Positions 55,851-64,000 of a stretch of DNA of 64,000 nt are shown in pieces. Below the pieces are notes generated by a model, which was not told the DNA's origin, made no database searches, and saw only the letters and a list, made by a program, of their open reading frames with translations. Origin of the DNA: Bispira polyomma (taxonomy: Eukaryota). A program made the position numbers and the translations under genes. Position 1 is the stretch's first letter. The number at the start of each line of letters is the position of its first letter. Location of the stretch: contig OZ287753.1 in assembly GCA_965649765.1 (NCBI GenBank), positions 12,524,001 to 12,588,000 on the forward strand. The letters run 5' to 3'.

Positions 55851-56159
55851 TATATATATGTAGCATTTTTCTACAGTGATATTTTGTGCTAATTAACACA
55901 CACAAATCATGGCCTTCCATTTTTAAAACAAGTAATTGTATTGTATTGTGCATTTTTAAAGCACTTTACTGATGCGAGACATCTTCAAAAGCGCAACAAC
56001 AGAATCAATTTATAAGTGGGGCAGTCCGGAAAACATAGCCAGGTTGTAAGGAAGGATGTGAGGGTGTACAGGGTGGAAAATGGAGTATAGGTTTCAAGTT
56101 TTCTCCTAAACCTACAAATTGTTTAGGACTTCTCTATTGGAATTTGAATTTTAATTTGA

Positions 56160-56340
56160 ATTGGAATATTTAACGTCTACTCTAGTACCTGTTTAGGTTA
56201 TATTGGGACGGGTAGTTGGAAACGCTGGAGGAAACACTGCATACAGTTGATCAAGGTTCTGCACTGAAACCAGCGGCCCACAGTGAGGAACAACCACCTT
56301 TCCCACATAGGCATCGACGGGATTCGAACTCACGCGGTGG
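56160..56340 (-). mobile_element. SINE copy
   Basis: Reverse-complement match to 16995-17190; B-box-like GTTCGAATCC on the minus strand near 56320-56330. Confidence 0.7.
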
Positions 56341-58035
56341 ATTTCTCTCTTGGTTTACTGATTCTGTTGTTGTGCTTCAGTAGATGCCTTGCATCAATAA
56401 GGCGCGTTTAAATTCCAAAATAAAATACAATAACTGCTAACAAAAGTGGGCTCCTTGAGCACGAAAACTACATTTTAAAAACAATTTTATTTTCTGGATT
56501 CAATATAAATTTACTGACTGTAGTGTGCGTCTTTTATTGGGGCTATTCCACCCACTTACATCTATTTTTTTTTTCTTTTGGTAATCACATTTGATTAAGA
56601 AAGACAAAACTTGAAGTCTCTCATTGCATATAAAGCGGTGGTATTTTAATTATCTCTCTGTCAGGAGTATCATGTTTGACATTTATTAACTTTTTTTTCA
56701 TTTTCCCAGACAGTAATATTTATTTAGTGCATAGTTAATAACACTCTGCAGCAAATATCGTGTCCAATGAATGTTGATATGTCAGCCATAACGACTTAAT
56801 TTATGAACACTGAAAATGATGTATTAATTTCTCGTTTTCTTTTACAGTTATTTTTATATTTAAAAAAAAATAGGTGAATAGGTGACATATTTACTGCTTT
56901 GTAGTTCTAAAAGCCTGGTCACATTTAGACGTGTGTCCACGACCCTTCGTTGTGGGAGGTTACGGCACCAATGGACGCCAAGTATATCGTCATCTCGCCC
57001 GCTAAAATCCCCTTTTCGCCACACTGCCACAAAGGTGAGGCGACTTCAAAACAAAATTGTGAAAGCCGCGCCGCAGAAATGACACTCACCTTCACGAACA
57101 CATACTAATGAGAAACAAAGATATAACGGACAATAACTGCAATACCTAACTGCTACTTCGGTGACAGCGCTACTAATGCTCACAGATATCAATGAAGACC
57201 TTTAAAGCACCCCTAACGTAGAAAAACTTGAAACAAAGTTGAAACCAACTGTCACTGTCAATGTGTCACTACTACACAATCAATGTGGTGTATTTCATTT
57301 ATTTGTTTTCTTATAGTGACATGTACAACTACACAAACTGCTACTGACGAGAAACAAACCATAACAAATGAAGAAGTATAACCCGCCGCCCCTCTGCCTC
57401 CATCTGTTTCAAAAGTATATTATGTCACTAACTCACTGGTGGTAAATTAATGACTGTTGGTTTGCAGAGCAGAAACCTTTAACAAATTTTCCCTGCTCTG
57501 ATTTGCTTCACAATGTGCTGAACGTAGGGAAGTCACGACTATCATCAGTGGCTATCATATCACGGCTAACCATCAGCGATACGAGTAGTGACAATTACCT
57601 GCCACAAAATTAATTGTAACGAAAAAATCGCTCAAAATGTAAAAATAGCAAATATAGCAAACAATGATATTAGTTCTTAAGGTAACTTATAAAGTGATAA
57701 AATATCAAAATAAAATGAAAAACTAGTCAAAGCAAATGTGGAGCCATTCTTTGCTATGTTTACATCACCACAGAAAACCGGAATTGGAAATATAACTAAA
57801 ATGGTGGACTTCCTTAATTTTGACACATGAATCAGAAAGTGCCAACAAACTGGAAATTTAAAACAAAATAAATGACAATGCCTATATATTTGACATTTAT
57901 TTTACTTATTTCAATTTACACCGGCTTTTTTATTTGGTAACATGCAGCATATTCTATATTTTAAAATGTTCGACGACTATTCAGAGTACAAAACAAGTAA
58001 GGCTTGACGTCTGTAATTGATGGTAAGTTTAAGAG

Positions 58036-59637
58036 TTAATTGTAATTGTAATTAGACTTTTATCGCGCTTAATCTCCCCTTAACAAAGGAGACTCTAAGG
58101 CGCACCAGCACAAAAGACAGTTATCCAATTTCCCAAATCAAGGGACAGAAAAAGGGTCAGCAACATAGAGCGCTCTGGGGGATGATTGAGATTAAGGTGG
58201 ATATGCTTTAGTGTACAAGTGGGTTTTAAGCTTCTTTCTAAAACAGGCTAGTGAGGGGGAAGCACGAATCACATCAGGAAGACCATTCCAAACAATGGGA
58301 GCATCAAAAGCAAAGCTGTGACCAAACTGTTTTACCGACTTTTGAGTAGATGGGTGGGACTTCAGAACAACAAGGAAATTACTACCACTCTGACTACATC
58401 TGGTATTGTAGGAACTACTGTAAGTGGAAAGATATGGGGCAAAATACTTTGGAAACCCAGTGTAGAGAAACTTATAAACAAGTGTAGCTGTCTTAAACAC
58501 TGAATGCTGTTCAACAGGGAGCCAATGCAATTTCTTAAGAACAGGAGTTGTACTAGTGTATCGACTGGTGTTTGACACAATTCTAGCTGCACTATTTTGA
58601 ATGCATTGTAATTTGCTTAAATTAAACTTTGAGAGACTCCTGAAAAGTGAATTGCAGTAATCCAGTCTACTACTGACAAAAGCATTGGCCACAAGTATAG
58701 AAGCATCATAAGTGAGAAACCGTCTGACACGTCTAAAGTCACGGAGTTGCATAAAACAGCTTTTGCAGACACTCTCAACGTGTTTAGAGAAAGAAAAGTC
58801 AGAGTCAAACCATACACCCAGGTTCTTGACAGAATCAGCTGGACTGAAAGGGCTACCCAGGATGTCAACTGGAAATAATGCTTTCAACTTATCTCTCTGT
58901 TGTTTTGAGCCAAAGATTATGAACTCAGTCTTGTCGGGATTAAGTTTGAGTTTACCAGTTGACATCCACTCTTTCACATCGTCAAGGCACCTGTTCAATT
59001 GTTCAAAGGCAGTAGATGTGTTTTTATGGGATAGGTGCACATAAATTTGGGTATCATCTGCATAAAAATGAAACTTTATTCCTGTGTATTTGCCAATAAC
59101 CAATCTGAGAGGAGCAGTGTATAATGAGAACAACAGAGGGCCCAAAACAGAACCTTGAGGGACACCAAACAAGAGTTTACAAAGATCGGACAGAGTAGAG
59201 CCAATTTTTATCGACTGATAACGATCAGTTAAGTAGGAAGTGAACCATTTAAGAACAGAGCCCGTAACTCCAAACCAAGTCTGAAGACAACTGAGAAGCG
59301 TGGAATGATCAATGGTGTCAAAGGCAGCAGAGAGTTTGAGCAATACCAGGGAAGTAGGTTCCCCTCTTGACAAAGATAAGTGAACTTCATTTTTTATAGA
59401 CAGAAGAGCTGTCTCAGTCGCATGACCAGTTTTATACGCAGACTGGTATGGGTTGTCTAAGTCGTGGACAAAGATGTGATCTAACAGTTGCCTAGCAACC
59501 ATGCGTTCAACCAGTTTTGATATGAAACTAAGACCAGATACAGGGCGATAATTCTTCAGGTCATCAACAGGAAGAGAAGCCTTCTTAATAAGAGGATTAA
59601 CCACATCTGTTTTAAAACCATCAGGTACATGTCCCTT
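58036..59637 (-). mobile_element. CR1/L2-type LINE (family C): RT half plus 3' tail, abutting the Ngaro-like element
   Basis: Open ORF 59604-58192 with NYRPVS, AAFDT, GVPQGSVLGPLLF, YADDTQ, KLNPDKTE, LDYCNS and LHWLP; tail hairpin and (AATTAC)n near 58036-58110. Confidence 0.93.
58192..59604 (-). pseudogene. LINE reverse transcriptase ORF (truncated; motif-A Asp replaced)
   Basis: 470 open codons, but no endonuclease domain, and LLKLSAAFD where LLDLSAAFD is expected. Confidence 0.8.
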
Positions 59638-59942
59638 CGTAAGTGTGCCCAGCAGTCCACTTTAGGGGACTGCTACCTCAGTTGACCCTCCTGTCCAAAT
59701 CCACTTTTGTAAAACTATTCTTGTTCTGAAAATTTTCCACCCCTTTTAATTAGGTATCCAATTAGTGAACAGACCCCCCTGAATTAGCATGTGCATTCCC
59801 TCACACATTCTCCATTTTGGAAAAGACATTTCAAGGGTAAACACCCATTTTATGAAAAATTTCATTAATTCAATTTACTGTGATATTTAAGTTTTATTTG
59901 TTTTTACATGAGTTTTAAGTATTACAGTGCGTGTTATACACT

Positions 59943-61061
59943 ATGGGAAGGACAAAGCAAACCAAAACGCCAAGTAGTGTGCCTTTAAAGAAGAAGACAT
60001 CTGCAGGTACACGTAAGGCAATAACAAAATCATCCGATCCGGTGGTAAAGAACTTGAGTGTTCCATTATCACAAGGGGAGGCTACTAGGTAAGACGATAT
60101 GTTTGAGGTTATGAACATACTCCGGAAACTTGAGTCAGCTAATGCTTCTATAAGCAAGCGGCTAGATGAGGTCGAAACAAGGGGGTCGCGCAACTCCACA
60201 CCACTGAACTCACCCCCCTACCCGGCTAGAAACGACACAGTTCTGGATTTGGGTTTACATGCACAGCCACGGACCTCGGCTTTACTTCAACCTCAGGCTT
60301 TCACTCAACAGTTGCCAGGAATCCCTCCGGTGAGGGCGCATATGGACTACCAACGGGATGCCATTATACCCCGACCTGACGTCCTTAAGTCAATACCTGA
60401 AGTAACAGCAGCGGTTAACCAGAGACTGGCTGCGTATGATATACAACTCCGCCAGGACCTATCTCAAGGTAAGCCATCTTTGTGCCAGAAATCCGGCAGA
60501 TTTAATACCACGGACATTTGCAGTGCTGACCCTCAGTCTCGCTGGGCCAACGAAGGCTGGCTCGGTGGAACTGCACGGAAGCGTCCTCAGTACGACGAGC
60601 TATCTCTCCCCCAGTGGGCTGCTGGCCAATTATTTAACATTGCTCAAGTATCTGATAATACGGTGATTCGACAGATGCTTAACCAGGTAATTTTCTCACT
60701 GAGGGATGCAGCCTCCCTCCCCTGGCCGACTGTCAGATCTGCATGGGCCCTGAACATGCAGGAAGTGGAGGAGGGACGGCTTGAATGGGATAACACTACT
60801 CAATGGGCCCTAAACAGGCTTAGCACTTCCCAGCTAGTGCTCGCTAATTCTCAGGTAACACAGTCATCACAGAAACCAAAAACAGTCTGCAAATATTACA
60901 ATAATGGTACTTGTTCACATGAGAATGATCACAGCCAGTACAGGCATATTTGCAGTCATTGTCATCGCGTGCTAAACAGAGATAGTAATCATCCGGAGTT
61001 CAAGTGTGTTAAGGCCAATTCTGCAAAACGTACAACTGATGTCAAGTCATCTACCAGTTAG
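59943..61061 (+). CDS. gag-like ORF1 (premature TAA at 60090-60092)
   Basis: ATG at 59943 (MGRTKQTKTPSSVPLKKK..DPVV) matches the copy-2 N-terminus and is in frame with ORF 60099-61061; C-terminal CKYYNNGTCSHENDHSQYRHICSHC..HPEFKC. Confidence 0.82.
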
Positions 61062-63602
61062 GGATCTCCTGTACGACCAAATGAACGAACAATCAGAGAG
61101 TGCAGTGCTTGTAATAGTAGTAATGGTGAAACTAAAGTTTGTCAGTTTAATGTCTGTAGTCTGAGGAATATAACTAGGAGTGTCGATAAATGTCAGGTTA
61201 GATTTGCAGAGGAGTATCAGAAAGCAGATGTTAGATTGGTGGCGCAGGAACTTGCTAATGATAATATATATATGTCAGATAACAGTGACCAGATAACATC
61301 TTCTCAGTATAACAGTACTAGCATAAACAAGTGCAATATAATCAGGGGATGTTCATGGCATAACATAATAGTATACTTAAAATTCCACAACTTTCAAGAC
61401 ATGTCAGGTTTCTGTTATTTGTCATTTGACAGCAGTACTAGTACTTATACCTACAATCACATTGGCAATGGTCCAAGTTTCCCTATTAGGGTAAACGGAA
61501 ATCAAACACTGCAAATGACAGTGCATAAAAGGCACACTGTGAGTACACATTCAGCATTGGCAGTACTGGAGGCAAATAATACTTACTTTAACTACAAAAG
61601 AGACCTGATATGTTGGGAAAGCTTGGGTTATGATTATACTCAATTTATTCATGATATTATTGATGAAATTGTCATGCAGGATAATGTCAAAAGATATAAA
61701 ACAAAATTAAATGTATGCGATAATAAACTAAACGACTATGAGAATGCAAAGGTGAGTAACAACTCCGTCCGTGATTACAATGTTCACTTTGTGGAGGGGT
61801 TGGGCAACCTTCACACAGCTACCATTTCTTCTACGAAAACTAAGGACTTTACTGATATCTCAGACAGCTCTAAACACATTGGTTTTATTAAACTTGTTGA
61901 ACAAAAATTCAACTTCATCGGACCTGACAGGGATTCGGTCGATATTGTTGACATTACTCAGATGTGCAAAGTTGCAAACATTATTAGGAAAACGAGAGTT
62001 CCAAATTATAAACAAGCTCGAATTCCAATAAAATCTCAGTTAAACATAGATGTCTGGGAGAGAATAACCAGACATCACCCTGATAAGATTATTACTCAGT
62101 ACTTAAAATTCGGGTTTCCTCTCTTACTTGACAACCCCGATCAGCTTCAGTGTAAAGAGGTAACTAATCACCACTCTGCTTTACAGCACACAGAAGCAAT
62201 TGTAGAATATCTTAAGAAAGAACAGCATAAGGGTGCCATGTTAGGCCCAGTTCGAGAGATTCCCGACTCTCACTTTCACTGCTCACCTTTACTTACTAGG
62301 CCAAAGGACTCAAATAAATGTTAAGTCATACTTAATTTATCATACCCCAAAGGTCAATCAGTTAACGACAACGTTAATAGGGAAATTTTTGACAATACAA
62401 AATTTCTTTTAAAATTTCCAAACATAGATCACATTACTGATAGTATTAGGTCTACACTTGATCCAGTCATGTTTAAGGTCGACGTAGCTCGCGCTTTTAG
62501 AAATTTAAGGGTAGACCCAGTAGATAGCTTAAAATTAGGCATAAAACATGGTAACAGTTACTTCATGGACGCGGCGGTCGCATTCGGCTGGGCTCATGGA
62601 AGCGCGGCTTTTCAGCGTTGCTCGGACATAATTTCTGACCATATGGCCACTTTAGGTTTCAACTTATTCTGCTATATCGACGACTACATTTGCGTATGTT
62701 CTAAAGCTGGTGCCAGCAGGGGATTTGATATTCTCTGTAATTTACTCAGTGAGTTAGGTCTCCCTATCAATCAGGACAAGGTCAGCTCCCCTGACACACA
62801 TGTAACTTACTTGGGGATAGATATCAACATTTCAGCTGGAACCATTAGTATTACCCCTGGAAAAATCACACAAATTTACAACATCTGCGTTGAGGCCAGG
62901 AGTAAGTCATGGCTTTCACGTAGCAGATTTCAATCAATCCTAGGCAGTTTACTGTACGTTCACAAATGTGTGAAACCAGCTAGGTGTTTTATTAATAGAC
63001 TCTTATCAGTGTTCAGAGCTTCACCTAACGCCAAAAGGTTCAAGGTCACAGACAACATTAAAATAGACTTAGATTGGTTTATACATTTTCTAGTATCTTA
63101 CAATGGAATTACATATATTGACCCAGTGGACATTAAGTCAGGACAGGAATTACACCTTGATGCTTGCCTTTCTGGACTGGGAGCCATCTGGGGTTCTGAA
63201 GTTTACCATACCCCTGTTTATAATATATATCAACAAGATTTGGCTATAACTCAGTTAGAGATGCTTAATATCGTTATCGCTTTGAAAGTGTGGGGCAGGG
63301 ATTGGGCTCACCAAAAAGTATTATTAAACTGTGATAACATGGCCGTGGTTTTGGTCGTACAGACAGGTAAAACTAGGGATGCCTTCCTGGCTACATGTAT
63401 AATGAATATTTGGCTTATCACCTCCACACTGGACATAACTCTTAGGATACAGCACATTAGGGGTAAGGAGAATATATATGCAGATGCACTTTCGCGTATG
63501 TATTCAAACAACCCACCTAGACCAGAAATCATGCAACTTCTCAATGCTTATACCTGTAAACCGGTTCCTTTAAAATTATTTAACCTTGATTATAACATAT
63601 GA
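61062..63602 (+). CDS. pol: unassigned domain + reverse transcriptase + RNase H (premature TAA at 62322-62324)
   Basis: Same frame as gag directly after TAG 61059-61061. ORFs 61236-62324 and 62469-63602 are one frame with KC*VILNLS where copy 2 has KRRVILNLS. Confidence 0.87.
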
Positions 63603-64000
63603 TTTCAGGTGCTACTGCTTCATCACAACAACTGGGGTTAGCAGCCATCTCAAGAATCAATGCAGCTTTGAGACCTTCAACTACTTCAGCTTATGTCAGT
63701 CAATTTAGAACATTTCTTGCTTTTTTGCAATATGCTGCAATTCAAAACATTACTGTACATTCTATTCTGGCTTTTCTGGAATATTTAGTTCAAAATAACA
63801 TTTCTCCAAAAGTCATAAATAACTACATCTCAGCACTGAAATTCATGTCTGCAAAATACCACTTGGATACACAAGCATTCCAGCACAACTCTATATCACT
63901 CTTTACACGTAGTCTTGCCTTGAATTCTTCCTTTAGACCTGCAGTCAAAGGGATTTTCCAGATCAAACAACTACTACAAATATCACAGGTGTGTAGCATT
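63599..64000 (+). CDS. Tyrosine recombinase, N-terminal (core-binding) part, open to the window end
   Basis: MISGATASSQQLGLAAISRINAALRPSTTSAYVSQFRTFLAFLQY...ILAFLEYLVQNNISPKVINNYISALKF...; 134 open codons; the ATG overlaps the pol stop (ATGA). Confidence 0.85.
   Translation, partial: MISGATASSQQLGLAAISRINAALRPSTTSAYVSQFRTFLAFLQYAAIQNITVHSILAFLEYLVQNNISPKVINNYISALKFMSAKYHLDTQAFQHNSISLFTRSLALNSSFRPAVKGIFQIKQLLQISQVCSI

Larger units (their letters stand above)
59638..64000 (+). mobile_element. Tyrosine-recombinase retrotransposon (DIRS order, Ngaro-like), copy 1, runs off the window end
   Basis: Order is gag (Cys/His finger), RT (KVDVARAFR, FGW, YIDD, YLGIDI), RNase H (DACLSGLG, ITQLEM, CDN, ADALSR), then YR. 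No DNA-methyltransferase segment is visible between RH and YR. Confidence 0.92.

Noticed and set aside
56905-57240. CpG-richer patch with a minus-strand AAG|GTGAGT donor at about 57089, considered as the missing GPCR exon or a promoter
   Set aside because: No frame encodes TM1-TM2. The CpG-rich part begins with AGCCTGGTCACATTTAGACG, similar to the Harbinger-like terminus near 16300-16320, so a MITE remnant is more likely. A non-coding exon cannot be excluded.
60085-60095. AG|GTAAGA at the first gag stop as a splice donor bypassing the stop
   Set aside because: It is phase 2, so not in frame with the YR acceptor, and copy 2 has sense codons there; a nonsense mutation is simpler.

Overview
AT-rich animal genomic DNA, most likely a lophotrochozoan such as a mollusc (inferred from receptor and repeat types). 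It is not prokaryotic: I found no CRISPR array, rRNA or operon. The only host gene I can support is a minus-strand rhodopsin-class neuropeptide GPCR of the SIFamide/NPFF receptor family. Two coding exons are visible, 14001-14100 (ECL1-TM3) and 8478-9246 (end of DRY motif to stop). I could not find the TM1-TM2 exon, so most of the window is probably one intron of at least 50 kb. That intron is packed with mobile DNA: CR1/L2-type LINEs and their 3' tails, tRNA-derived SINEs, TIR MITEs (Harbinger-, IS3EU- and Ginger-like), a Helentron-associated element and minisatellites. A triple-nested LINE set lies downstream of the gene at 1.8-6.5 kb. The most interesting content is two divergent tyrosine-recombinase (DIRS-order, Ngaro-like) retrotransposons at 59638->64000 (+) and about 43990-47330 (-, rearranged). 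Comparing them suggests an unusual expression system. (1) gag and pol are in one frame, separated by a UAG conserved in both copies, which suggests readthrough. (2) An unassigned 105-aa domain is conserved between gag and RT. (3) A phase-matched GT..AG pair would splice the gag N-terminus onto the recombinase. All coordinates were read by eye, repeat boundaries are approximate, and no database searches were run.
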